Positions 15,590 through 24,259 are shown, counted from the stretch's first letter. The stretch: DNA of 64,000 nucleotides from Blastocatellia bacterium (GCA_035249305.1 DATFGQ010000103.1:6542-70541); one strand, 5' to 3'. Notes: a model not told the origin generated them from the sequence alone. Translations and numbers: made by a program.

Positions 15590-18499
15590 ATGATTCCACT
15601 CGCGATCAGGCAATCACTTGTAATGCTATTGACGCTGTCCGTTTCGTTCTCCAGTTTTGCGGAGAGCCGTTTTCAATCAGGCGACGAAGCGGCGATACGC
15701 GCGCTCATCGAGCGATACCTTGCGGCAAAGACCGACGAGGAGCGCCAGCGATTGCTCACGGGCGAGCGTGAGTCGTTGAGCGTCGAGACGCGGAAGGCGC
15801 TAATCAGACAAGGCACGCAGCTATCATCAAAGGGCGACTTCTCGCAGGCGCTCAGCCTGTTTCAGCTCGCACACAAGGTTGCCGAGCAAATCGGCGATAA
15901 GGAAGGGATAGCCGCCGCGTTGCGCGTCATGGCCGTTATTCACACGCGGCGAGGCGATTATGCGCTGGCGTTGGAGTATTGTCAGAAAAGCCTTGAGATG
16001 TTTGAGGCGTTAAGCGACAAAGCGGGGATTGCCGGAGTTCTGAATAACATCGGGATCATCCATCAATCACAGGACAACTACGCCCTGGCTATGGAATACC
16101 ACCAGAAGAGCCTGGCGATCAGAGAGGCTCTGGGCGACAAGGCCGCAATCTCCGGCAGCCTGAATAACATCGGGAATGTTCATAGATCACAGGGCAACTA
16201 CGCCGAGGCGTTGGATTACTATCAGAAGGGCCTCGCGATGAAAGAGGCGTTAGGCGACAAGCCCGGAATCGCCATCTCCCTAAACAACATAGGGCTCATC
16301 CATCAATCACAAGGCAACTACGCCCTGGCGATGGAGCACTTTCAGAAGGGCCTGATGATTGAAGAGGCATTGGGCAACAAAGTAGGGATCGCCGGCGCGC
16401 TCCACAACATAGGGCTTGTTTATGGCTCACAAGACAACGACGCCGAAGCGCTGGCCTATTACCGGAAGGGCCTCGCGATAAGAGAGTCGTTGGGCGACAA
16501 ACCCGGAATCGCCCTCGCCCTGACTAACATAGGGCTTGTTCATCATGCGCAAGGCAACTACGCCCTGGCAATGGAGCACTTTCAGAAAGCCCTCGCGCTG
16601 AGAGAGGCGTTAGGCGAGAAGGCCGGGATCGCCTACAACCTCGGCTTCATCGGGGTTATTCATGAAGCACAAGGCAATTATGCGCAAGCAATGGAGCATT
16701 TTCAGAAGAGCCTCGCGATCAGAGAGGCGTTGGGCGACAAGGCCAGGACCGCTTTCACTCTTATTTATATCGGCGAGTTGTTTGAAAAGCAGGGCCTCTA
16801 CACTCAAGCGCTCGATTACGCCAGCCGCGCGGCGGCGATTGCCAAGCAGAGCGGTAGCCTTGATTATCTATGGCATAGCCAATTGATCGCCGGAAGAGCT
16901 TACATCTCACTCAACCAGCCCGAGCCAGCTCGCCAAGCCTTCATGGATTCGATCAATACTATCGAGACGATGCGCGCTCAAGCCGCGGGCACAGAGCAAG
17001 ACGCGCAGCGATTCTTTGAGGGTATGATCTCGCCGTACTACAGCATGATCGATCTTCTCGCGGCCCGAGGCAGCGCGGCAGAGGCCCTCGCGTTCGCCGA
17101 GCGAGCCAAGGCGCGGGTGTTGCTCGACGTTCTGCGAAGCGGCAGGGTGAATGTCACTAAAGCGATGACACGCGAAGAGAAGGAGCAGGAGCGAAAACTA
17201 AAGGGGGCTCTCGTGTCGCTCAACTCCAGGATCTCCGGCGAGAGCCGCCGTGCGCAACCTGACCGGGCCCGCCTCGCTCAATTGCAAGCTCAGCTCGAAC
17301 AGGCGCGGCTCGATCACGAAGATTTTCAAACACGTCTCTACGCCGCGCATCCCGACTTGAGAGCTCAGCGCGGCGAAGCTCCCGAGTTCAAGCCCGTCGA
17401 AGCAGCCGCGCTCCTTGCGGACTCTAACACCGCGCTCGTCGAATATGCAGTCACCGACGACGCGACTTATCTTTTCGCCTTGTCGAAACCGGCCGCCAAA
17501 GCTTCGGTCGATCTGAAGGTCTATAAGATACCCGTTAAGCGCAAAGAGCTTTCCTCGTTGGTCAAGAACTTCCGCCGGACGCTCGCCGCGCGCGACCCCG
17601 AGTTTCGAAAGCCTGCCTTGCAGCTTTACGACCTGTTGCTCAAGCCCGCCGCCGCGCAGCTCCAGGGAAAAACGTCTATCGTCATAGTTCCCGACGACAG
17701 GTTGTGGGAGCTGCCTTTCCAGGCTTTGATGCCGAGCGCCAGTCGTCACTTGATCGAAGAGAGCGCCATCTCTTACGCGCCGTCGCTCACGGTGCTTCGC
17801 GAGATGATCGCCGCGCGCGGCAAGCGAAAAGCTTCGGGCTCGACGGCCGAGCTTCTCGCGCTCGGCAACCCCGCTCTCGGCAATCAGACGGTCGAGCGGG
17901 TGAAGCTCGCCCTTCGCGACGAAAAGCTCGACCCGCTGCCGCAAGCCGAGCGCGAGGTCAAGACGCTCGCGGAGCTCTACGGCGCGGCGCAGAGCAAAGT
18001 CTACGTCGGCGCGGAAGCTCGCGAGGAGACCGCCAAGAGCGAAGCAAGCAGGTTCAGAGTCCTTCACTTTGCTACGCACGGGATATTGAACGACGCGTCG
18101 CCGATGTACTCGAACCTCGTTTTGACGCAAGGCGAGGCCGCCGAAGACGGGCTGCTGGAAGCCTGGGAGCTGATGAACATGGACCTGCGGGCGGACCTCG
18201 TGGTGCTGTCGGCCTGCGAGACGGCGCGCGGCCGCGTAGGCGCGGGCGAAGGGGTGATAGGGCTGAGCTGGGCTCTGTTCGTTGCGGGCACGCCGACGAC
18301 CGTAGTCAGCCAGTGGAAGGTCGCTTCCGGATCGACGGCTCAGTTGATGCTTGAGTTTCACAAGAACCTGAAGCCGGCGGCGGGCCGGACGACGAAGGCC
18401 GGCGCGATGCGGGCGGCGGCGATGAAGCTGATGAAGACGAGCGAGTACCGTCACCCGTTCCACTGGGCGGGCTTCATCGTCGTGGGCAGCCACCTGTAA
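15590..18499 (+). CDS. signal-peptide-bearing TPR-repeat CHAT-domain (caspase-fold) protease
   Basis: N-terminus MIPLAIRQSLVMLLTLSVSFSSFAES looks like a Sec signal. Nine 40-aa TPR units follow. The C-terminal CHAT domain has the catalytic-dyad contexts VLHFATHG (His) and VVLSACETARG (Cys). Confidence 0.85.
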   Translation: MIPLAIRQSLVMLLTLSVSFSSFAESRFQSGDEAAIRALIERYLAAKTDEERQRLLTGERESLSVETRKALIRQGTQLSSKGDFSQALSLFQLAHKVAEQIGDKEGIAAALRVMAVIHTRRGDYALALEYCQKSLEMFEALSDKAGIAGVLNNIGIIHQSQDNYALAMEYHQKSLAIREALGDKAAISGSLNNIGNVHRSQGNYAEALDYYQKGLAMKEALGDKPGIAISLNNIGLIHQSQGNYALAMEHFQKGLMIEEALGNKVGIAGALHNIGLVYGSQDNDAEALAYYRKGLAIRESLGDKPGIALALTNIGLVHHAQGNYALAMEHFQKALALREALGEKAGIAYNLGFIGVIHEAQGNYAQAMEHFQKSLAIREALGDKARTAFTLIYIGELFEKQGLYTQALDYASRAAAIAKQSGSLDYLWHSQLIAGRAYISLNQPEPARQAFMDSINTIETMRAQAAGTEQDAQRFFEGMISPYYSMIDLLAARGSAAEALAFAERAKARVLLDVLRSGRVNVTKAMTREEKEQERKLKGALVSLNSRISGESRRAQPDRARLAQLQAQLEQARLDHEDFQTRLYAAHPDLRAQRGEAPEFKPVEAAALLADSNTALVEYAVTDDATYLFALSKPAAKASVDLKVYKIPVKRKELSSLVKNFRRTLAARDPEFRKPALQLYDLLLKPAAAQLQGKTSIVIVPDDRLWELPFQALMPSASRHLIEESAISYAPSLTVLREMIAARGKRKASGSTAELLALGNPALGNQTVERVKLALRDEKLDPLPQAEREVKTLAELYGAAQSKVYVGAEAREETAKSEASRFRVLHFATHGILNDASPMYSNLVLTQGEAAEDGLLEAWELMNMDLRADLVVLSACETARGRVGAGEGVIGLSWALFVAGTPTTVVSQWKVASGSTAQLMLEFHKNLKPAAGRTTKAGAMRAAAMKLMKTSEYRHPFHWAGFIVVGSHL
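15833..16912 (+). repeat. nine tandem 120-bp (40-aa) TPR-coding repeats with high nucleotide similarity
   Basis: Units such as GNYALAMEHFQKGL...EALG[DN]K.GIA..L.NIGL.H.SQ recur. The DNA string GGCAACTACGCCCTGGC.ATGGAGCACTTTCAGAA occurs three times (near 16313, 16553 and, with changes, 16673). Confidence 0.8.
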
Positions 18500-18501
18500 T
18501 T

Positions 18502-19803
18502 TCAAATTTGAGATCTCATACGCCGGGCGGCAGTGAGCAGCCTCTGCGCGACCGCGGATTTCGGGTTGCGCCGGGCAAGTATTTGAAACTCGCGCTCGGC
18601 TTCGTCAAGCAAGCCCGCTTGCGCGTAGAGCAACCCGGCCAGCAAGTGCGAATCGGGATAGTCCTTCCTGGCGCGGCTTATCTCGTCGAGCTTCTCCTTC
18701 TCCAGCACTCTGAAACGGGCTTCGGGCGCGGGCGCGACGGGCGATTTTATCTCGCGGCCGTCGCTGGTCGCCGTGACGTTCCACAGATAGACGCGACCCC
18801 TTTCGAGCGCCTCCGGCATTGTCCACGACGGAGAAGTGAGCGCAGGGCTCCGCGCTACCTCGTTGTAGTCCGCGTCGAAGACCGCCACGGTGTAGCTCGT
18901 GGCCCCTTCAACGGCCTGCCACCTGAAAGACGGGCGCGCAGTTCTTATTACTTTGCCGACGGGATTGAATAAGGCGAACGCCACGCCGTTCGTCGAAGGC
19001 CCCATCAGCACCTCCGCCTCTTTCCCCAGCTCCGCAACCGCCCGAGGAGTCTTCACCTGCCCCGTCTCGATCGCGTTCTTGATCGCAAGCTGAAAACCCG
19101 CCGGCATCGACTGCGACACTTCGATCCGGTTGTCTCTCATCACGCGCACGGGGCCGTCGTCTAGCGCGATGTCTGCCGCGGCCCCGGTTTGATCGGGCGG
19201 ACCAGCGCCCCGGAGCTGTGCTTGCAGGTCTTCCGTCTCGGCTTTCGCGATCTCGTACTCTTGCTGGAGCTGTTCGTTCTTTTCTCGCGCCTCGGCCAGT
19301 TGCGCCTCAAGCCCGCGGATCTCTTTTCGCAAAGGCAATCCCGCTACCCAGACGACCAGGGCGATAACCGCGGCCGCCGCGGCCACCTGTAGCGGGAAGC
19401 GAATCGAAGCGAGCCGCCAGATCGATCTTTCTCTAGCGGGTCGCGCGGCCGGCTCTCGGAATGTCAGAGCGGGAAGCGCGGCGCTGACCTCGCTGAACTC
19501 GCGCGCCTCTTTCGAGCACCGCGCACAGTCGGCGAGATGAGACTCGACGATCTCGCGGTCGACGGAATCCATTCTGTCGTCGACGTAAGCGGCGAGTTGT
19601 TCATAAGTGATGTGCGTGAGCGGCGGGCTTTCAAAATCGGTGCGTAGGGAATCGAGCGACAGGCCGAGCCCGACGGCTTCGACAACTTTCGAGCGACACT
19701 CTTCGCACGCCGCGAGGTGGTCGTCGAGGTCGAGCATCTCCCGCGGCGAAAGCTCCCTTCGTCGGTATCGCTCGACCTGTTGTGATGACAAATGCACCGT
19801 CAC
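18502..19803 (-). CDS. zf-HC2 anti-sigma factor with large extracytoplasmic domain
   Basis: N-terminal HxxxCxxC (LDDHLAACEECRSKV) with a second H/C pair (HLADCARC). One TM (VAAAAAVIALVVWVAGL), a coiled-coil, a ~250-aa external domain and a TPR-like end (HLLAGLLYAQAGLLDEAEREFQILARRNP). GTG start. Confidence 0.8.
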   Translation of the reverse strand: MTVHLSSQQVERYRRRELSPREMLDLDDHLAACEECRSKVVEAVGLGLSLDSLRTDFESPPLTHITYEQLAAYVDDRMDSVDREIVESHLADCARCSKEAREFSEVSAALPALTFREPAARPARERSIWRLASIRFPLQVAAAAAVIALVVWVAGLPLRKEIRGLEAQLAEAREKNEQLQQEYEIAKAETEDLQAQLRGAGPPDQTGAAADIALDDGPVRVMRDNRIEVSQSMPAGFQLAIKNAIETGQVKTPRAVAELGKEAEVLMGPSTNGVAFALFNPVGKVIRTARPSFRWQAVEGATSYTVAVFDADYNEVARSPALTSPSWTMPEALERGRVYLWNVTATSDGREIKSPVAPAPEARFRVLEKEKLDEISRARKDYPDSHLLAGLLYAQAGLLDEAEREFQILARRNPKSAVAQRLLTAARRMRSQI

Positions 19804-19871
19804 GATTCAACCCATCTCTAACAAATCTTAGATGTGGATTTCGCCCGCATATTACCACATCGACTAAATTC

Positions 19872-20927
19872 TCACTGAGCGGTCGTCTTCAACCTTCTCG
19901 CCAGCCGCTCGCGCGCCGATTTCCGCAGGTTGATGATCTGCTGCCGCGTCAGGCCGAGCCTTTCGGCGATCTTCGCGTCCTCCAGAGGCAGATCGCCTAA
20001 CAACTGTGCGAACTCCAGGTCGGTCATCTCAAGCGCGCGCGCGATCTGGCGGATCGTGGCCACGTTCATCAGCCAGAACATCTCCAAACGGCTGTTGCCC
20101 TGGCCGTCCTTCAGGTTCAACAAGAGCGCCGCGCGCTGTCTGAGCGGCAGCCGACATATCTCTTCCCACAGGCGAGTGATGTAAGCTCTCAACTCTACCG
20201 CCTCGTCGACGGCCATGCGCTTATCAGGTATTCGCGCCTGCAAATCGACAGGCTCGCGCTCGGCGCCGAGCCCCGTCTGCGCGTCCTTTATCCCGGCGGC
20301 TTCGGCGACGATGCAGACGAGGTCGTCGAGCTCGACGGGACGCTCAAAGAATCTGATCGCCGCGACGGCTGTCTCGGCCACGGTCTCGCGCCGGTGCGAG
20401 TGCAGCGCCTGGGCGTCGTCGCGCAGCCGGTTTATCTCCCCGAGCGAGGCGGGGCCGCGCCCCTCCGCTTGCCAGCCCGCGAGCCCGCACAAGAGCTCTT
20501 CGTTTTCGCCCTCCCACAGCGCGAGCTCCCGGTGATGCGAAAAGACATAGCGCAGCCTGTTCTTCAGCGAATACCGCTGAGGGTATTTCGAGCGAAGGTA
20601 TTCGTGAAAAGCGTTATGAGCGACCGTGGCGGCGTAGTTGCGAAAACTGCTTATGGCTTTGTGTTGAGGGTCGGCTTGAAACTCTCGCAGCCGGGCGAGC
20701 AGACCTAAGATCGCGTTGCCGCAGATGTCTTCGGCCTCCTGAGCCTGGCCCGAGTAGCGCGCGTCATAAACAAGGCGCAGCTTATACTTGACTATCGATC
20801 TGATTATCGGCTCGGCGTGTTCGTAGACCAGATCAGACAGCAGGCTCTGCGATCTCGCTTCATCGCCTGCGCCCAACAGGGGGAGCAACAGGTGGTCTAT
20901 CCCTTCCAGTGATGCCCGCTCGCCCAT
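19872..20927 (-). CDS. atypical long sigma-70-family (ECF-like) sigma factor, 352 aa
   Basis: The sigma2-like region reads AEDICGNAILGLLARLREF...FRNYAATVAHNAFHEYLRSKY. The sigma4-like region is split into LPLRQRAALLLNL and, ~50 aa later, IAERLGLTRQQIINLRKSARERLARRL. I place the start at the ATG at 20927, because the listed extension to 21245 overlaps the upstream GT-C gene. Confidence 0.75.
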   Translation of the reverse strand: MGERASLEGIDHLLLPLLGAGDEARSQSLLSDLVYEHAEPIIRSIVKYKLRLVYDARYSGQAQEAEDICGNAILGLLARLREFQADPQHKAISSFRNYAATVAHNAFHEYLRSKYPQRYSLKNRLRYVFSHHRELALWEGENEELLCGLAGWQAEGRGPASLGEINRLRDDAQALHSHRRETVAETAVAAIRFFERPVELDDLVCIVAEAAGIKDAQTGLGAEREPVDLQARIPDKRMAVDEAVELRAYITRLWEEICRLPLRQRAALLLNLKDGQGNSRLEMFWLMNVATIRQIARALEMTDLEFAQLLGDLPLEDAKIAERLGLTRQQIINLRKSARERLARRLKTTAQ

Positions 20928-20956
20928 AGCCGAATCCGCCGGACTATAGATTTCAA

Positions 20957-22456
20957 TCACGCGGTCTTGAGTCTTACAATGCGCTTCAACCCGTCGCGGA
21001 GCGCCGCGCCGATGACGACCCAGACGACCGCGGCGAAGACGAAAAGAAAATAGTGCATCGGCAGAGTGTAACGAAACTCCGTGTGCATGAAGCATTGAAA
21101 CAGCCAGTAGTAGATCGGCAGCATAAGCAGAAAGAGGCTCCGGCGGCGGCTCGCGATGAACATCATCGCCGCGCCTAAGATGACGAAACCGAGCATCGTC
21201 TCTTTCGTCAATCTCTGGACCGCCCTCACGACGGGACGCGCCCACGATAGGCTTTCACCCACCTTGAGAGAAGACGCGCCGTCGGTGACCAGCGGCTCCC
21301 ATGATTTCCTTACCTCTCCGGTCCTCGCGTAAGGGTTGACCTCCGAGCTTCTGTAAACGAGCGGCGCGTGCGCGGAGTATTTGAGCGTGCCCGCCATGCG
21401 TTTCATCATCACGCCCGAGTACCAAAAAGGGTGGCGCGCGATAATGCCCAGACTTCTTTTCACACGATCGCGGTCGCGCATTATGCCGTCGGGCGTAGAC
21501 CACGAGCCGGCGTAACGCGGCTTGCCATAAATCTCCGCGTCCTGAATCGCGACCTCGTCATCGCGGGCGACGGCCCCGAACTCGTTGCCGCGAGCGGTCT
21601 CGCCTATGCCTTCCCACAGGACTATTCCGAGACCTATGTTCACCGGCACGAACTCGCCATAGACGACGTAATTCTTGATCGTCACCGGCGCTATCGTGAG
21701 CAGCGATACGGCCGCCATGACCGCGGCCCGTTTTATTATCGACATGCGCCAGCCATAGATCATCGGCAGCATCACGATCAGGAACAGCCCGAACAACATC
21801 GTCTGCGACCTGACCCACGCCGACAGACCTATCATCACTCCGGCCCCGGCGTAGAGCAGGTAGCCGTAGCGGCGGTGCGCGCGCTCAAGCATGAGCAGGT
21901 AGATGGCCGCGAGCAGCGGGAGCGCCGAGAGCGAATCCGGGAGGATGAAATTCGATATGTAGGAGAGGTGATGAGAGAGCGCCGCAAGAAACCCCGTCAC
22001 CGCGCCCGCGCGCCAGCCGACTATAGTTCCCGCGATCAGGAATATCAGTATCGGCGAAAGAGAGTTGACGGCGTTTTGAGCGAGCTGCACCTTGAAGAAG
22101 TCTCTCCCGAACATTTTGTAGACCGCGCTGAGGAATATTGAATAAGCAGGTGCTTGCGCGATCCAGACGGTGTTTCGCGGGTTCACGTCGTAAGGCCCCA
22201 GCAGCCCTTTGCCTTCCGTAATCAAAACCGCGCGCGCGTCGTAGGTCTCTGTCAGCCCGCCGAAGTCCTGTTCCATGGTGTACATCTTGGGCGCGAAGTC
22301 GACCGCGTGAAGCGACTTTGTGACGAACGAGACTACGAACAGAGAGAATGCGATGAGCAGTTTCGCGCGCGCGCTGACGCGCTGGCGCGTGGCGAGCGAC
22401 TCGGCCAGCCAGCGGCGAAACGCGATCGCTTTACGAGGCAGTTTCCGCATCGACAT
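20957..22456 (-). CDS. GT-C fold membrane glycosyltransferase (GT39 / PMT_2-like), paralogue of 5623..7599
   Basis: Multi-TM protein. The C-terminal block LFLLMLPIYYWLFQCFMHTEFRYTLPMHYFLFVFAAV matches the paralogue. Confidence 0.75.
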   Translation of the reverse strand: MSMRKLPRKAIAFRRWLAESLATRQRVSARAKLLIAFSLFVVSFVTKSLHAVDFAPKMYTMEQDFGGLTETYDARAVLITEGKGLLGPYDVNPRNTVWIAQAPAYSIFLSAVYKMFGRDFFKVQLAQNAVNSLSPILIFLIAGTIVGWRAGAVTGFLAALSHHLSYISNFILPDSLSALPLLAAIYLLMLERAHRRYGYLLYAGAGVMIGLSAWVRSQTMLFGLFLIVMLPMIYGWRMSIIKRAAVMAAVSLLTIAPVTIKNYVVYGEFVPVNIGLGIVLWEGIGETARGNEFGAVARDDEVAIQDAEIYGKPRYAGSWSTPDGIMRDRDRVKRSLGIIARHPFWYSGVMMKRMAGTLKYSAHAPLVYRSSEVNPYARTGEVRKSWEPLVTDGASSLKVGESLSWARPVVRAVQRLTKETMLGFVILGAAMMFIASRRRSLFLLMLPIYYWLFQCFMHTEFRYTLPMHYFLFVFAAVVWVVIGAALRDGLKRIVRLKTA

Positions 22457-22618
22457 AGGCGCGCGAGGATATTATAGCGGCCGCTCAAGGCGGGCAAGCG
22501 CGTCTGGATTCATAATCATATTCTCCATTTCCAATCACAGAGGTCGAAATCTTTCCGAAGGCGCACCGGCGTCACCCTTTCGGGTTAGGTTTCAAATCTA
22601 TCTCACGGAAGTCTCTCA

Positions 22619-24025
22619 ATGCGCCTCTTCAAATCATCGATCATCTCAGCAGCTATCATCATTACGGCAGCGCTCATACTCGCGCCGCGCGGGTCTGCGG
22701 ACGATCACGTCACACCATCCGAAGAGAGCCCCCTCGACGTTCAGCTCGACAGCATGCTCCGCCTGCACGATTTCACCGGCAACGTCGAAGCCACGCTTGA
22801 GCAGAGGCTCGGCCGCAAGATAAACGAGAAGCTCGCCGACGTTGGCCGTCTGCTCTTCTTCGACCCCGTGCTGAGCCTGAGCAACGACAGTAGCTGCGCG
22901 AGCTGCCACTCGCCTACATCTGCGATGAGCGACACGCAATCGATCGCCATGGGAGTCGGCAACAACGGTGTCGTCGGGCCTGACCGTCAGGGTCCGCGCA
23001 ATCAGCGCCGCGCGCCTTCGATCATCAACACGGCTTTCTACCCGAACTTGATGTGGAACTCGCGCTTCTCTTCGGTCGTGGGCGACCCGTTCAACAACAG
23101 CCAGGGCTTCAGCTTCCCCGCGCCCGAAGGCATGACGCTTTCGCACCTGCCGCACCTGCTCGCGGCCCAGGCATTCATCCCCGTGACGGTGCGAGTCGAG
23201 ATGGCCTGCTTCGATTTCGAGGGCGACAGTTTCCGGATGCGGACGGAGATACTGAACCGGCTCAACGGCAACAAGAGATACAGAAAGCTATTCGGTAAGG
23301 TCTTCCGCGAAGTCAAGCGCGGCGCACCGATAAGGTTCGAGATGGTCGGCCAGGCCATTGCGGAGTTCGAGTTCACGCTGACGTTCGCGAACTCGCCGCT
23401 CGACCGCTTCGCGCGCGGCGAGCGCAAGGCGATGACCGACGACCAGAAGCGCGGGGCGCTCCTGTTTTTCGGCAAGGGGAATTGCGTGCTCTGTCACGCG
23501 GTCTCGGGCACGGCCAACGAGATGTTCAGCGACTTCACGCAGCGCGTGATAGGCGTCCCGCAGATCATGCCGCGGAATACGAACGTCGAGTTTGACGGCG
23601 ACGAGAAGAACGAAGACTTCGGGCTCGAACAGGTGACGGGCAACCCCAACGACCGTTACAAGTTCCGCACGGCCCCGCTTCGCAACGTAGGCGCGCAGGC
23701 GGCCTTCTTCCACAACGGGGCATTCACGACGCTCGAAGACGCGATAAATCATTACCGCGACGTAAAGAGATCGGCGCGGAACCTGGAAGGCGTCAAGTGG
23801 AAGCTGTCTGAAGATCTGCGCGGCCCCGTAGGCCCGGACGCCCCCGTGCTGGCGCGCGTCAATCCGTTTCTGATCCAGGGGATACTTTTGAACGAGGAAG
23901 AGTTTCGCCTGGTGGTCGAGTTCGTGCGCAACGGGCTGCTCGACCCGCGCGCAAAGCCTGAGAACCTGCGCAAGCTGATACCGGAATCGGTCCCGAGCGG
24001 GCTGCCGCTGCAACAGTTTCAATGA
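22619..24025 (+). CDS. di-haem cytochrome c peroxidase family protein (CCP/MauG-like)
   Basis: Signal peptide and two CxxCH motifs (CASCHSP, CVLCHAV), with typical CCP spacing and the ...FRTAPLRNV... motif. Confidence 0.85.
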   Translation: MRLFKSSIISAAIIITAALILAPRGSADDHVTPSEESPLDVQLDSMLRLHDFTGNVEATLEQRLGRKINEKLADVGRLLFFDPVLSLSNDSSCASCHSPTSAMSDTQSIAMGVGNNGVVGPDRQGPRNQRRAPSIINTAFYPNLMWNSRFSSVVGDPFNNSQGFSFPAPEGMTLSHLPHLLAAQAFIPVTVRVEMACFDFEGDSFRMRTEILNRLNGNKRYRKLFGKVFREVKRGAPIRFEMVGQAIAEFEFTLTFANSPLDRFARGERKAMTDDQKRGALLFFGKGNCVLCHAVSGTANEMFSDFTQRVIGVPQIMPRNTNVEFDGDEKNEDFGLEQVTGNPNDRYKFRTAPLRNVGAQAAFFHNGAFTTLEDAINHYRDVKRSARNLEGVKWKLSEDLRGPVGPDAPVLARVNPFLIQGILLNEEEFRLVVEFVRNGLLDPRAKPENLRKLIPESVPSGLPLQQFQ

Positions 24026-24029
24026 GAAA

Positions 24030-24227
24030 GCCCCGTAGGGGCGGCATTCAATAGCCCGGCGCAACGCGCCGGGTGACGCGTCATACAACGAGAAGCCCTG
24101 AAAGGGCGCGATAAATATATCGCCCTTTCAGGGCTTGTCATTAATATCATCCGGTTACCAGGGGCGGTGCCCCTGGCTTTTGAATGATCGCCCCTTTGGG
24201 GCTCATTCAATCACGCCTCTTCGAGGC
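24030..24227. repeat. cluster of GC-rich REP-like hairpins between convergent genes
   Basis: Six hairpins: GCCCC-GTA-GGGGC (24030-42), CCCGGCGC-AAC-GCGCCGGG (24055-73), a perfect 16-bp stem AAGCCCTGAAAGGGCG/CGCCCTTTCAGGGCTT (24093-24136), CCAGGGG-CGGTG-CCCCTGG (24158-76), GCCCC-TTT-GGGGC (24190-24202) and GCCTC-TTC-GAGGC (24215-27). Confidence 0.85.
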
Positions 24228-24259
24228 TTTCTATTGAAAAGAGGCTCACCGGGGCTTAT

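Noticed and set aside
15590-18499. A type III-E CRISPR (Craspase) locus.
   Set aside because: No Cas7-11/gRAMP, Csx30/Csx31-like genes or CRISPR array are in the window. The CHAT protein also carries a signal-peptide-like N-terminus, unlike cytosolic Csx29. Only the functional logic is analogous.
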